Of a stretch of 64,000 nt of DNA, positions 1 through 15,600 are shown piece by piece. Both the position numbers and the translations under genes were made by a program. Every line of letters begins with the position of its first letter. Position 1 is the first letter of the stretch. The notes beneath the pieces were generated by a model. It worked only from the letters and a program-made list of their open reading frames with translations. It was not told the DNA's origin and made no database searches. The DNA is taken from contig CM119270.1 of the NCBI GenBank assembly GCA_051294375.1, forward strand, positions 11,848,416 through 11,912,415. The letters are read 5' to 3'. Source of the DNA: Paraspadella gotoi (Eukaryota; Animalia; Chaetognatha).

Positions 1-422
1 GCACGTCTTCCCGAGTGACGTTTAAAAAAACGATAGTATTTCTAAACTTGTCTCAAATTATTCCGTGGTGAACTCAAATCACTACTACGAGTGTNNNNNN
101 NNNNTTTCGATTAGGAGTCAGCTTCTTCTTCCGCCCTTTGCAAGTTTTTTTTCGGTAATATGTATTTGAAACAGCGGGTTAAGGGAGAAGATCGATCTTA
201 ACGGACAAGTATCTAATGATTTAATTCCTCCCGAAAAATATTTTTAAAAAACACGTTTTCCCGAGTGACGTTTAAAAAAACGATAGCATTTCTAAACTTG
301 TCTCAAATTATTCCGTGGTGAACTCAACTCACTACTACGAGTGTCATCCGGGATTGGGAGATATTCGCATTAAAGCCCGTATGATACTGACTATGCATCT
401 CTCTGAAGGATCAGGTTCTTCC

Positions 423-460
<38 letters not shown>

Positions 461-1325
461 CTGAAAGTGGGTGATTATGGCACCAGCGCCTGATAGAATA
501 TTGAATTAGGCATGGAGCTAGGATAAGAAAGTTCAGCGAAGGGTAACGTCTTGTATGATTTTTCTTTTTTGAATAATTGATTAAATTTTATATTATTTTT
601 GCAAAGAGCAAAGAAAGTATGAAAGCATGAGGGAAACGACGGAGCTGATTAGTTCGCGAGATTAGCGATGGAAACTTATTTAAGGCCTCCTTTCATTAAC
701 GTATCTTTCCGTGTATTAGATCAACCGGTTTAAAAATCTATTTCGACGCCAAAAACCGTTTCGAGACCCAACTCCTCCGTCCGAGAGATAACGCCTCTTT
801 CTCCGCTTCGTGTTAGCCTCTTGTTTTTGTTTACGTTTTCGTCGACGACGAAACGACGACGACGACAACTCCCTCGGGCGAAGAGGGATTTCCGATGAAA
901 ATTTTATTGGCCCGCGCCGTTTCCCCGGGCTTGGCCCTTTTCCCCCTTTCCCCGAAGTTGCGAGATCGTTTTTTTTTTTTTTTTTTTTTAGAGATATCTT
1001 TTCAAATAGCTTTTCCTTCTTTTATTCTCTTTTAACCGCTTACGTTCGCAAACTTATCATGTCGTCCATCCTATTTCACATATTTTTGTTAAAAGAAGAA
1101 ATAAATATAAATTAATAGATCTCGCAAACCTATTTTTTAGGTGATAAAATAATTACTATAGTATTTCAGGATTCCATTTATAATTTTGCATCAGATTTTG
1201 GCGATTTAGCAATCAATATTTAAAACCAGTTTTCCTTCGAAGGCACCGGCCGTCCAAATTCCTTTTCGTATATGATCCCATCACTTCGCTTCAAATCGAC
1301 CTTCCTCCCTCCGCTTTCCCTCCAG

Positions 1326-4300
1326 GTGGCCATTTCGCTGAATTGCTCCGCCGCTTGTCTCCATGGAAACGAAGCGTTTTACTCTTTCGCTCGAAACCCG
1401 AAGCTTCGATGCATCGAACCGAACAACCATTGCGTTACTCGGCGGAATATCACCTGTCAAAGGTTTAAGGTGAGTGGGGTAAGGCTTACATGACAAATAT
1501 GAAAAGACTACTGAATTAACGAGTGTCATAGATGGCGAAAGTGGCTAGGAAAAATAAATGCTTATGCACATACGAATCATGACTGTTATTTTTCGCGCAT
1601 TGTTGATAAGCAGAATATCATTTTAAAAATGAAAAAAGAAAAATGAAAAAAAAATAAGAAGGTTCAAAATCTTCGTTTGCAACACAGAAAAAATTTTTTT
1701 TTAAATTTATATCATGAAAACCTAAAAAAATTATTTAGTATATTTCTTGTCCACTCTATTTTTTTCAATGGTTGACATTGACTAAATGTACCGATAAATG
1801 AACTGTCAGTGAGAACAAATGGTTAACAAAGGTTGTCGACATAAAGGACGATAAAGACGTTATGAATCACGACACTAAACGGCATCAACGACGACGACCA
1901 CGACGACGACGACGAGGACGACAAACAAAACATAAGCTTAATTTTTTCCTGTTTTTGTTGTTTTTGTGAAATTTTATTCGCAAATATTTAAGAGTTTTTT
2001 TCACCAATTTCGATATAAGTCGACATATTTTTTAACTAAGTAGACAATCACGACGACGACGTCTATGATGACGATGACGACCACGACTGGAACTGCTTCA
2101 TTTGCAATTCATGGTCCTTTGCGAAAGGCGAATCTGTCATTCTGTACACGGGGGAAAAATTCCAAAATTACCTTCGTTCATCTTCATTACATTTCATTAT
2201 CTACCGGCATAAATTAAACCTAAGAATAATCTCGAGATTGTGGGAAAAAAATCGGTCACTTTTCGACGAAAAACACTTTGCTTTTCCTTTGTTAAAGCGA
2301 AATTTTATTCAACACATCTAATCTTAATGTTGTTGGTAAAATCTAATAATAAAATTTCATTTACCAAACGACGACATATGTATCAAAAAACTGAGTGAAC
2401 TTCTGAACTAAGTAATAGTAGTCACAGCACCCTAATAATACTTTTCCTCATTTTCAGGATCGATGCGAAGTTCCCGTCATCAACTCGGTGAAATGTAATC
2501 CTCGCTCAGCGCTCAATCAACTAGAGCTTGGCTACGACTGCGTTGTAGGTAAATAATGAATCAATGTGGCAATCCACAATCACATGTAGTTATAATAAAA
2601 ATTTAAATGAATCAATAAGTGAGTACAATTTTTATTTAAAAAGGAAAATGTTACAAAAAACCTCTGGTTTTGGAATCTATACAGTATCACCAGTATCACC
2701 TTAATTCATGAGATAATAAAAGAATCAAAAAAAAATATTATAGTTTTTTTTTATCATTATCTCTTTCGACAGCCAAAATTCGTGTCGAGGCACCTTTGCG
2801 CACAGATATGCGCAACTTACGCGTTGACCTTCTTAACGCATGCGCGCCCTGACCTGCAACGCGCAATCGCTACTGCTAATGCCTTTTTTTGACCTTTGAC
2901 CTCTCACTTCCGAGTTATGACTCCCTCGCTCACTTTACCGATTTGCTTTTTCTTTCTTAAAAAAGTCGCTCACGAAATCGATTAAATTATTAGTTTCCTT
3001 CAGGGAAATAGTAGGTAGATCCAAAATCAAAGTCAATTAATAAATTTACTACTCCGAATCGATTCATTGATATTTATTATGTACGTATGTAATCTATTTT
3101 AATCAAATGAAAAAAAATCGTTTTGTTGTTTTTGAATGGAAAGATGACAACAAATTACAATCTACCTGCGACGCTAAAATGTATGTTACTAGTAATTCTC
3201 TTTTTACCAGAATTAAACTTTCCGGTATTTAAAAAGTTCCTCGGCTTTCCTTACGAGTCATAGTTTTTATGACGCCCGCTTGGAGGAGAAGAAAAAAGCA
3301 TTTCACTGAGCGCAGAACGTCTTCGTTTTTTTTTAAGACGCCTTTACGACTCCGGGTCGTTTAAGCTACATAAAAAGGGTCACGTTTAGCCAAGTTACGG
3401 AGTAAAAAGAGCTCATTTAACGGTTACTTTAACCCATTGAGCTTATAACGCGGTTTTGGGTCTTGACACGTGATTTGGCTAAGCTATGTGTTTAAAGTAT
3501 TATTCACTCTTGTAACAAATACGTAGTAATGCGAGTTTAATCTTTTGGTCTTCTACCATGGATGACACATATTATTTACTTAATCTTTATGAATATGGCA
3601 TCCTCTCAATTTTTCTGTAATGACATCTTGTCTGGGTCCCCTAAACCAATTACGGTTCAGTCACGCCAGATAACCCGTTCACGCTGTAAACAAAGTTTCG
3701 CCCCTGGGGTCCATTTCTGTCTGAAAAGCAGAACAGATGCAACGTAAAACTTTTATCTTCTCTCTTATTCTCTTCGTTTTCCTTTATTTCCTTTCCAGCT
3801 TTAACTTTCCTCCTTCCTTTTTTTTCTTTTTTTCCCCTTTTTTTTATTTAACAATTACTTTCACTGTCTTTTCTTTAGTTTTTCATTCTTATTATCGTCT
3901 TTTCCATCTTTTCCTTTTTTGTTCCAAATAAATTTTTTTTTAAATATCTTCCCATTTTTTTCCTATATTTTGCTTTTCCTGTCGAAAATTTCTTAAATTG
4001 AAGGTCGACTGCAAAGATGAGGAAGAAGTGGAAATGTAATATGCGTTCAGTGAACTCAGTTTCTTTTTCTACTTTAAACTCTAAAAAACGGGGTCGATAA
4101 ACGTTTTGAATCTAAATTATGATTTATAAAATATATTTTCTTCATTAAACAGCAAGACAATTAGGCATTATTTTTCAACTTTTTACGTCTTCTCTATTCT
4201 CGTATGAGCCCAGTGTGATTAAAACCCTGCTGCCAGGTAAACCTTGTTTGCATGCTCATCCTCTACTCCCTCTCATCCCACCCCCGCGCTCAAGGATACT

Positions 4301-6326
4301 CAATTTGCTCGTCGACTCGCACCTCCATCGTCGCCAAACAAGGCTACATCTTCTCGCCCTTCTACCCACGAACTCATCTCGCCAACGAGAGTCAGTGCAA
4401 CGTGAACATCCGGGTTCACAAGAGGGAGAGATTTCGAATCACGATGCTCGACTTTTATCACAACGCGTCCAAAAACGTCTTCGAGATTTGGGAGATGAAA
4501 GGGAGAAGAGCGACGTGGAGAAAGGTGATGTTGGGGGTAAGGGAGGATGGGAGGATGGGGAAAGGGAAGGGGAACGAGAGAGTGGGTTAGGATTTGGGGG
4601 TACATGATCGGGGAGGACGGTGAATCTAAGGAAAGAAAAGGCGAGTGAGGCAAAGGAATTGGTCCCGCGTATTACAAGGCGACACACAGCAACCCGCCGC
4701 TAAAAAAAAAAAATCGTCATTTGCAAACCTTTGAAGATATTTTTAATCTGAAAGATTTTTATTGTAGTAAAAACCAAAGTCATTTATATATCCAAATTTT
4801 ATATTGATTGGTTTTGATTTGGCAATGAGGCGGAGAAAAGTTGCTCTCCAAAAATCGTGTTTCATTTAAAATTCAGATTTTTTTTCTTTAATCTTTTTGT
4901 CTAACTTTCTGAACATTTTTTTGGGATGTATTGTATTGTTTCGATACTAGATTCCTTTCACTGGCATCCCAATGGTAATCGTAAATTTAGATATGTACGA
5001 AAATGATGTTTATTAACTTTTGCGTAATTTTTAAAACATTTTTTTAAGAAAATAACTTTGAAATTTTCAAAAGCTTTGAGTGAAAATACTTTTCATAATA
5101 GTTAATTCATTTCTATAAAAAACTCTACACACCTTCTCAGGTCGAGCTCCGTCTCCCAACAATCTACCACCACGCCCAAGCGGTCAAGATGTCCGAAGCC
5201 CTCGATTCGCCAGAGAAGATCCATATCTACGAAAGCTCGCATCGCGTCCGCGCGGTCGCCGTCAGACTCAACGTCGAGTCGGAGCCGCTCGTCGTCATGG
5301 CAACGCGGAAGACGACGACGACGAAGCCGACAACAATCGTGGCAGCCAGATTTCTACTCTTCTTTCAAAGTGAGGCGGCCTCGGCAGGATAAAGATATTT
5401 ATTATAAAAAAAGATTAATCTTAACATTAACATTAATAGCATTTTAATTTTTATAAAAACAATAATGCTAACCAAAACGTCGTAAACAAAATTTACATTA
5501 TTAACAAGAGGAACCAACAAGCTCAGGCCAAGAATCAATTTAGGCGGTGATACCGAGCCGAATTTTAAAGTTCAATTATTTTTTTTAAATTTATCAAGAT
5601 TAATTTCAATTTCTGCGACTAAAATTAAATGTACTCCCACGCATCTGACTTTTTTTTATCCTCGAAAGCCTTTTTTTTCAGACAGCACTTACCACATAAG
5701 CCGTCTTTCTTCCGAACCCATATCACCAAACCCACCCGGCCAACAAACCAGCCGAATCGCTCTCAGGCACCTCATGACCTCACTTACCCGCGAGCTCTAT
5801 AATTCCGCCTGCGGCGACGCCCGCAGCGCCGCCCATCGGCGATAAAAGCAAAATCTTGTTTTCGTGGTTTTTTTTTTAACGCATTTTATCTTTTTTAGTT
5901 AAGCTTTTTTTTTTTCAGTTATTTTATCGGGTGGGGGATTAAAAACTCACTTTTCCGAGTTGGATCGAGATGAGAAAATTTAAGATAAGATAAAATAGTC
6001 AAATCTTTTTTCATTTCCCTTTTTTCTTTCATTTTTAACCATAACCAAACCGAGTGTAGTAACCCCATTAATATCTTCCCTGAGTTTCCATTTAATTCCC
6101 CTTTTTGAAAACAATCTCTTCCACCATCCTCATTCACCCTCAAACCTCCCCCTCCCCCCCCAAAAAAAAAATCCGGTTACCGTTTCTTCTTTTCCCCGAT
6201 GAATGGAATCTACTTTACTTCTCAACGACGGAACCGTCTCTTCTTATGGGGGAGCATTTATCACAGGAGGCGGGAAATTGGTGGGGACTTAGACGCGGCG
6301 CGAGAGGAAAAGGGGTGGATGGAGGG

Positions 6327-6410
<84 letters not shown>

Positions 6411-6783
6411 GAGAGAGAGTGATTTTAATACAAACAAAATACTGCCTGTCTTCTTTCAAGAAGTCAACCGATTTTCCAAAAAAAATGAAGAAGGAGAATC
6501 GAAATTTCAAGTAAAAAAAAGATCAAGAAAAACTTTTTACATCCAAAAATAAAACTGTACGGCAAAAGCCGAAGCAGTAGAAAGGAAGAAACAGGGGAAA
6601 AAATATAGAAGAGAGAGAGACAGACAGAATTTTGTCTGTTTTTTATTGTTTCTTTTCATGGTTTTTATTCGATTTTTTTTTTTAATCCTGCTTTTTTCCG
6701 GAAACGTTTTTTCTCTTATCTCGCAACCAAAGGCGTCACTTGAGAAGAGAGATTGAACAAAAAGCCAATCGTCACTACTCTGT

Positions 6784-6845
<62 letters not shown>

Positions 6846-7346
6846 CTCTCTTCTTCTCTCCTCTCTCTCCTTTTTTCCCTCTTTCTTTTTTTTTCTCCTC
6901 TCTTCCTCTCTCTCCTTTTTTCCAGATTTCAGCGCTTCCTCATAATCCCGTTTTGGGGTCAGAGATCGAGAGGGTGACCCACAACCTTTTTTGGGAAGGG
7001 TTGGATGGAATTCTTCGTCTTGAAAAATTGACCTTGAAAAATCCTTGATCCTTTATTTGGTTTGAGATGAAAAAAGAAGGATGATGGGAGGGTAAAAAAG
7101 CACCCAGTAGGAGCCAAAAAAGAAAAAAAATATGGGAAAACATTTTTTGGAAAAAACCAAAAAAAGGTTGGAAAACTAACATTTAATAAAAATATACCAT
7201 CTAACAAAAATACTACCAACATCGATAATTTCAAAAATGGTATCGAAATTGAATTATACTTAAAATCAGTTACTTTATGAAATAAAATTAAATCCAACAT
7301 ATTTCAATGTATAAATAAATTAATCCACAACTAAATCCAATAAGAA

Positions 7347-7400
<54 letters not shown>

Positions 7401-9636
7401 ATTAGCGACAAGCCCATCGCTTCCTTCTTCCTTTCAGGACTCAACGGCAACGACGACGACGATCCCACGGGCGCCGGACGTCCGCCGACGATCCGGCCGA
7501 CTTGCCGAGGTCCTCCTCTCGGCGCCGTCGGCAAAGACAGTGGCGTCCGCCCCACCGCCCCCAACCCCCGCTCCACCGCCTCCACTCGACGACCCTCGCC
7601 TCCCATCTCGTCAACTCTGCGCCCGACCACGCGGGATTACTTTCCGGAGGGCGGTGGCGGCTTCGGAGGTCGCGGCGATGGAAGCGCCGGCGGCGGCGGC
7701 GTCGTTTGGGTAAACGGCGAGTACGGCGACGGTGATTTCAACGACGGCGGATACGAGGTTTCGACGCCGACTTCGTCGTTTTCGTCGTCCTCGTCGTCGT
7801 CGCCGACGCTCGACGCTCGTTGCGTGAATTCGACCGGAAACGAAACCGGCGACGGATATTTTTCCAACTGCACCGACTCTCAAGAGCAGACGGACAACCG
7901 CGAAGCCTCCAAGAAAAAAAGTGAGGCCCCGGGGGGGAAGAGGTGGGGGGGGGAGAATTTTGGGGGAGGGTGGGAGTTTTGACGAAAAAGGGCAAGGTTA
8001 AAATTTGGGAAGCGAGAAAGCTTGCGACATTCGTTGTCCGTAACATGGGCCATTTGATTGAGAATGAATCGTCTTAGGGTATTTTGGACTCTTTCGAAGC
8101 AACAGTTGATGTGAAGGTGACGAGCTTTTCGTCCCGTTCCGTCCCATGTTTTTAGTAAAGATGATTTTATTAGTTAGGTTTTATTTGGATTTGAATTAGA
8201 ACTCGACCGAGTTTAGAGGTGTGGTCAATTGGTCAAACAATGATTATTTGAGTCGTTTTTTTTTTTTACTTCCTTCTTATTTAATTGTCTATAATACCTC
8301 CAAACTTTCTTATTTCGTATTTTAACTAATTTTAAAATTTGGAATTTGTTTTCTTTTTACCTTTTAACCCATTACATCCGGTACATACTGAGAAAACTAT
8401 CGCACAGCGCTTAACTCATAAATCAAAACGCGAACAGCATCGATGCCCACAATGGAAAAAAGAGCGAGTGCTTTTATTTATTCGTTTTTTTCCCCAGTTT
8501 CCCGCCCGTGGCAGTGAATTCTATATGAGTGCACGGAAATATTTATGATCTAAAGCGAAGAGTTTAGCTTTATTTTATGTAGTTTGCCGCTTTGAAGAAT
8601 GGAGAATGTATTGTGGTTGGCGGTTAAAGAAAAAAATGGTCGCTGTGTCAAAGTTAACGTTGACGAACAAAGACATTTGTTATTCTAAGGATTGTAGTTT
8701 GTTAACAACGATTAAAAATATTGAATTAATGATATTAAGAAATTGATTCTGCTATGGCAACTGGAGGAATGCCTGTGATACCCGGGGCGCGGGGTATCTC
8801 ACCAAGGCAAGGGGCTGCGGACCCTCAGTGACCGCCTCCTGTTGTTGGCATGTTTAGACTGGCTCCGTCAAAACCGAGATACCCAGGGATTGAACCCGGG
8901 AACGCCACGGTTGTAACGAGATGATTCAGCCTGCTCAACCATTGAGACGAGGCTGAAGATGGACGCAGTGAGGCAGCTTTAAGTCTTGCTGCCACACTGC
9001 TTTGATTACGAAATAACGAACGCAACTTACCCCGTTCTCGCCACCCGGATAAAATTTACGTTTTTATGAGAAAAAGTATATGTTCGTCGATAACGAGGAT
9101 CGTTATAGGCGGACATTAGGAATTCCTCACTTCTTTCAAAACACATTAGGCAAGAAAAAAAAATGTTGAAAAGAATCTGCGGGAGAAAAAAGCGAAATGA
9201 GGCAGGGGAAGAAAAGAAGAGGGAAGATGGAGAGAAGAAGGAAAGGAACGGGAAGGAAAGAATCTTTTAAAAAGAAAACAACAAAAAAGAAAGAAAATGG
9301 GAGGAAAGGAAAAATATGGAACGACTGTGTACAGCAGAGATGTACACCAGATTGGAGAAAAAAAATGAAAAGAAATTGGAATGAAAAGAAAAAGAATAAA
9401 GATTTAAAATTCCCATGGTGGAAGACGCTGTCTCAAAGGAAAATGGAAAATTTTCTTATCAGTGAATCATATCCGGTAATTACGGAGAGTCATCCAGTGA
9501 ATGTTTGTAACGCGTGTGTGCTATGGAGAGGAACTACGCAGCTACGTTCCATTTTCCTTTCTCATTTCTCTCTCTCTCTCTCTCTCTCTCCCTCTCTCAG
9601 TTTAAAACACTGGCCTAAAGCCTCACTTTTGCTTTC

Positions 9637-9689
<53 letters not shown>

Positions 9690-12600
9690 CTCTCTCTCTC
9701 TCTCTCCCTTTCCTACAACCGGAAATGAAATTTTATACTATCACTCTTACTTGACTTCTCCCATTCCGTGAAATTCCTCACTCAATGTCCACGCCTTCCA
9801 TTTTATCACCTCACCCAAGCTCTTCTCACCCTTTCTCCCCAACCCTCTCCCACCACCCCCCTTCACGTCTCGATTTCCTCGCCAGATGCAAGAGATCAAA
9901 GGTCTTATGACGACTCATGAATATGAATGTTGTATCTGTCTCTATACGACCCGTTCTTGCAAACTTGTTCATTTCTTTATAACTCGGTGAGTATTTTATA
10001 TTAACGGTGAGGAGTAGAGACGCGGAATTGATTCTGAGTCAACATCTTCTCCTTTTTCAAACGTTGTCATACGATTTTTTTTTTCGCGACATCGTATTGG
10101 ATGGAGGAGCCAAGGAGCTCAGGAGCTCAGGAGCCAATTCAACTTAAGATCCTCGACAACCGCATTTTCTCTCGGGTGCGATCAAACAAGTCCTGTCTTG
10201 CTTTAGTTCGGCTTAGGACCTGGAAATGCCAGGCTGGGATCATACTTGAATACGCACCGTTAAATGGCGAGTCGACCCAATCGGAAAACAAAAACTTTTT
10301 TTCCGAGGTCAAGGATTTATTTTTGAGACAAAAAAACAAACAAACTATCAGCAGTGATGAAGGTTTAAGGTTTTTGAAGTCCTACTTCGTTTCACTTCGG
10401 TTACCTACTTATTCGCTTTTTACTCTTTCTCTTGTTTTTCAAAACAAGAAGGCAAAAATAAAAGAGGGAAACCGTCGCCTGCAGCCGTCGATTTCGTTGT
10501 TGTCGTTGTTGTCGTAATTTAAGAATAAGAAGAAGAAGTAGAAATTTTAAGAAATTTGAGGATGACTACTTGATCCGTGGTAATCAGATAAAGATAGATC
10601 GAGTAATGAGTAGTTTTTAATCAATAACAATACTTAAATCCGATTATAGTTAAAAATACATTTGAATATTAAATTTATAAATTATAGCACTTATTTTTTA
10701 AAAACAAACTGGTAAAAAATTTATGTCTTGGTTGTTATTACCAGTAAGAATTTCAGCGTCGACTTTTTTTCAGAATCTGAAAAAAAAAAAGGAAAAAGGA
10801 AACAATTTTTCGGAGGAGCAATAAAAAAATAAATCGTAAAATTTCGCGTTTCTTCCGATAAACCAGTTGGAAGTTGATTCGACTTTGGATTTGCCTGCGA
10901 ATATTATTACAAGGAAAGCCATGGGAACAAAATGAAAATATTCGGTGGAGATGGCGGTGGTATGAAGCGATGGCACGGGATGATGGCATGGAGCGACGGC
11001 AGGAGGCGATGGCAAAGGACAATGGTGTTGAGGCACTGGGCGATGGCATGGGGCGATGGTATGAAGCGATGTCATGAAGTGTAAAATGTCTACAGAGGTT
11101 CGGGAACGGAACATTTAAGAAAAGCTTTTAATTTGATTCTAGACCAAGTTAATATAAGCAAATAAAACTTCTTTTTAAATTGTTATTCTTTTCAGCTTTC
11201 GCTGTGATTTTCTTCTCCTTTTTCGTGATTGCGATTCTCTGTTGTGGCGTCGCTATCATCCTCGTCCAACGAAGGTATTGTTCGTTTGTATAGTTACCAT
11301 ATCACTATTATCTTGATTTTATTTTTTTATATCTCTTGTCTTATTTGTATGTGGGTTTTAGGACGCATTTTGATATTTTAAAGTATATACTTTTAAATCT
11401 TGAAAAAGAGCTTCTTAATATTTTCTTTTCCCTCGCTCACCCTCGTTTTCCATTTCCTATCTATTGTATTCGCTTCACAAAAGCGACCTCCTTGACTTAT
11501 CTTTTCTTCCCGGGGTTTATGAAAGCAAGGGAGGATGTGCGTGCGAATGCACATATTTGTTCCTACTTGTGTTTGCGTATAATTTGGTGCACGCGTGCGC
11601 GTCAACAAGAACTATAACTCAACGAAATTTCATTTTTTCCCTTTTACCCCGATTAAATTGGTGTTTTTTTCACAATGAAATGTACCAACTTCTTATGAAT
11701 TTAATTTTTATCTATTTATTAGCGACATTCGACTCTTGGTAATGTCCTGGTGTTCAAATCCGGTTCCTTACATACGCGACAAAATCTCAAAACTCGCAGC
11801 CAGGTAATCATATATCATTGAATTTTTGCTAATATTGTTTTAACTATGATATAGTTGAGATATAGTAGATATAATAGTAAATATATTGATCAAAAAATCA
11901 AGTAGAAAAAGTATTCCAAGATTTATGTATTTTAAGAAAGTCGAAACCGACTCTTTTCTTTCTCTTTTTTTTATATTTCTTTTTTCTTTTTCTTCTTCTC
12001 TTCTTTCTTTCGTCTCTCTCCTGTCTCTTCTTTATCATTCTTCCTTTTCGTCTTTGGTGCAAAAAAATGTCAAAATTAAGAGAAATTGAGAAAGTAAATG
12101 GAAAAGGGAATTGCTCCGATCAGGTGTTCCTTGAAAGGTGAAGAGATTTCCTTGGGGTTTTTTTCATCTTCAGATGAGAACAATTGTTTGAAGCAGTGCT
12201 TAATCTCGACTTAATATTAACTCAATCCGAATACCAATAGATAAAACTAGAATAGTAACTTTTAAAGTATTCAATATCCAGCAGTCATTGAGGAATACAG
12301 CAGCAGCAGCAAGACCGCCGCAGCAGCTAGGCAAAGACAAACAGCAGAGCGAGACGCAGCATCAGCTCAAAGCTAATAAAAAATTAAAATTAATTACATT
12401 TCTAGTATTTCACTAAATATATTTAATACTCTGATTTTCAGAGAAATCCAAAAATAAGTTTACTCCCGTTATACAATGAAAAATAATAACAACCAATTCA
12501 CATTTTGGAGAATAAACAAAACATCTACTAGTTATTTTTAACCAATGTATAAAATTAAACCAATTAGACAACTTTAAATTAGCCATAGCCGATGAAATTA

Positions 12601-15600
12601 TATAATAAAGTGTTAAAAATTATTTTTGTCAAAAAATGTTTTTTTCTAAAGGTACTAGCCTAATTAATAAATTATACTAATTACTACATAAAGAAAAAAA
12701 TATTTTTTTAATTTAAAAATTTTTTGGATGCATTCTGATAGAGCATAAAAAGTTAAATAAAGAAATATAAAAAATTCTTTCGAAAGATATTACGTCAGAT
12801 AACTAACCCACACAATTCACACTCACTCACACACTACTACACACAAGCACACACCCCACCCAGACACATGCAAACTAAAGCACACTCACAACAAACACAC
12901 ACACACACCTCATCATAAAAGATTGTTCATCGTGCAGAATAACCTTCTCACCCAATCAATCAATTTAAACCCATCAAAGGTTGTTCTCGGAATATCACCT
13001 CCACGCCCCGGCGAACGAAAATGAAAGGAGTGTTTCGTTGTTGTTGTTATCATTACTGAGTTCACGATTACTTTCGTTGTGCGTTTCTCCCTTGTGCCTG
13101 AACCCGTTTGAAAAAAAAATACCTCGAATTAAAAAGGATTCTTGCGATTAAATCTCCGTTTTAACGTCGGATTTTGTCAGAAGCGAACCCGGAATGTCTC
13201 GATCTAACTCGGGATAATTTATGAAAACCGGCGTTNNNNNNNNNNNNNNNNNNNNNNNNNNNNNNNNNNNNNNNNNNNNNNNNNNNNNNNNNNNNNNNNN
13301 NNNNNNNNNNNNNNNNNNNNNNNNNNNNNNNNNNNNNNNNNNNNNNNNNNNNNNNNNNNNNNNNNNNNNNNNNNNNNNNNNNNNNNNNNNNNNNNNNNNN
13401 NNNNNNNNNNNNNNNNNNNNNNNNNNNNNNNNNNNNNNNNNNNNNNNNNNNNNNNNNNNNNNNNNNNNNNNNNNNNNNNNNNNNNNNNNNNNNNNNNNNN
13501 NNNNNNNNNNNNNNNNNNNNNNNNNNNNNNNNNNNNNNNNNNNNNNNNNNNNNNNNNNNNNNNNNNNNNNNNNNNNNNNNNNNNNNNNNNNNNNNNNNNN
13601 NNNNNNNNNNNNNNNNNNNNNNNNNNNNNNNNNNNNNNNNNNNNNNNNNNNNNNNNNNNNNNNNNNNNNNNNNNNNNNNNNNNNNNNNNNNNNNNNNNNN
13701 NNNNNNNNNNNNNNNNNNNNNNNNNNNNNNNNNNNNNNNNNNNNNNNNNNNNNNNNNNNNNNNNNNNNNNNNNNNNNNNNNNNNNNNNNNNNNNNNNNNN
13801 NNNNNNNNNNNNNNNNNNNNNNNNNNNNNNNNNNNNNNNNNNNNNNNNNNNNNNNNNNNNNNNNNNNNNNNNNNNNNNNNNNNNNNNNNNNNNNNNNNNN
13901 NNNNNNNNNNNNNNNNNNNNNNNNNNNNNNNNNNNNNNNNNNNNNNNNNNNNNNNNNNNNNNNNNNNNNNNNNNNNNNNNNNNNNNNNNNNNNNNNNNNN
14001 NNNNNNNNNNNNNNNNNNNNNNNNNNNNNNNNNNNNNNNNNNNNNNNNNNNNNNNNNNNNNNNNNNNNNNNNNNNNNNNNNNNNNNNNNNNNNNNNNNNN
14101 NNNNNNNNNNNNNNNNNNNNNNNNNNNNNNNNNNNNNNNNNNNNNNNNNNNNNNNNNNNNNNNNNNNNNNNNNNNNNNNNNNNNNNNNNNNNNNNNNNNG
14201 TGTGGGTGCGATGTGGAGTGGCATTAAGAGCCATGAGTGCAAGGGTGGCTGTGTGGAAGTGGCTGCGTGAGCGGAAGGGGTGGGCGCCATAGTGAGGGTG
14301 GGTGCTGCAGTGAGTGCAGATTCTGACATGGAGTGGCAAGGTGTGGGTGCTGAATGGAGTGGTAGGTGTAGTGCTGATGTGGAGTGGCAAGGTGTGGGTG
14401 CTGATGTGGAGTGGCAAGGTGTGGGTGCTGATGTGGAGTGGCAAGGTGGGGTGCTGATGTGGAGTGGCAAGGTGTGGGTGCTGATTTGGAGTGGTAGGTG
14501 TGGGTGCTGCAGTGGAGTGGCAGGTGTGGGTGCCGGCGTGGAGTGACAGGGGTGGGTGCTGGCGTGGAGTGGCAAGGTGTGGGTGCCACCGTGGGTGGAT
14601 GAGAAGGAGAAAGGGTCAGGCAAGGCTGCCGTGTGGAAAGGACCGGATTGAATTGAATTGAATTGAATTGAAGGCGACTAAGTTACTAGTAAGTAAGGGC
14701 TCGGACTGCTGTGGGGAATATATGTGGATAAATTTCCATAAGAGGGGAAGTCCTGGCTATTATTAGATAAAATCAGCTGGTGTAAGGGTGCCACCATGAA
14801 AATTGAGAACAGTTGAATATTGTAACGAAGCCGCGTCGTTAAATCGGATTAATACTAATAGTAGAACAGCTTTTCTGCGGTTGAGTTGCATTTTCTCTTT
14901 TTTCCCACCGCCGATCCTTTGCGAAACCAAATCGTTTAGTTTTCAAACGCCATCTTTTTTTACCTTTCTTTTATTTTTTTTTCTTTCCTCTTCTTTTCTT
15001 TTTATATATTTTTTCCTTTTTCTTCTCCGTCGCTCATCGCGATCATTAACGTCATCAGGGCCGTTCTCGTCGTCGTCTTCTTCGTCGTTGTTGTTAGCGA
15101 GGAATTAAGAAATTAACCGTCTTCGATTCGATATGAACATAAATGTGCGATCCAATTTTCCAACTTTTTCTCCAAGTTACACGGAAAAACGTTCGTAATT
15201 TTGTCCATATTATCAAATAAAGGTCGATCTAATTATAGTTTTTTTTTATATGTTAATGTTTCTCTTGCTTATTGAATAATCTTGTTGAATTCGAAATAAA
15301 CTAAGGGATGCCGTAACCTTTCCGCCGTTGCAAAGCTGTTAGTTTGCAAACGCTGCAACTTTGCCACGCCTCAACCTTTCCCTAATTGTCGTTAACATCT
15401 TTCCCGTTAGCGGCGATACCTCTATTATCTCCGGCGGTTTTTATTTCGTTCCCTTCGTCCCTTGGCGTTTCTTCCAGCAACAATGGCAGCGGCGGTGGCG
15501 ACGGTGGCAGCAGCGGCAGCAGCGGCTTCCTCTCCTGAAGGTTTTCCCCACGGATCTCTTGACAGACTCCACAGAGGATTCACATTTTCAAACAAGATTT

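Noticed and set aside
1-343. Direct repeat of 1-94 at ~250-343
   Set aside because: Flanks a 10-N scaffold gap; probably an unmerged contig overlap
6105-7048. ORFs with ER/SL dipeptide runs (also near 16.4-16.9 kb and 25-25.8 kb)
   Set aside because: Translations of (GA/CT)n microsatellites
13148-14623. Long ORFs of 349-491 aa
   Set aside because: Artefacts of the N gap plus the minisatellite
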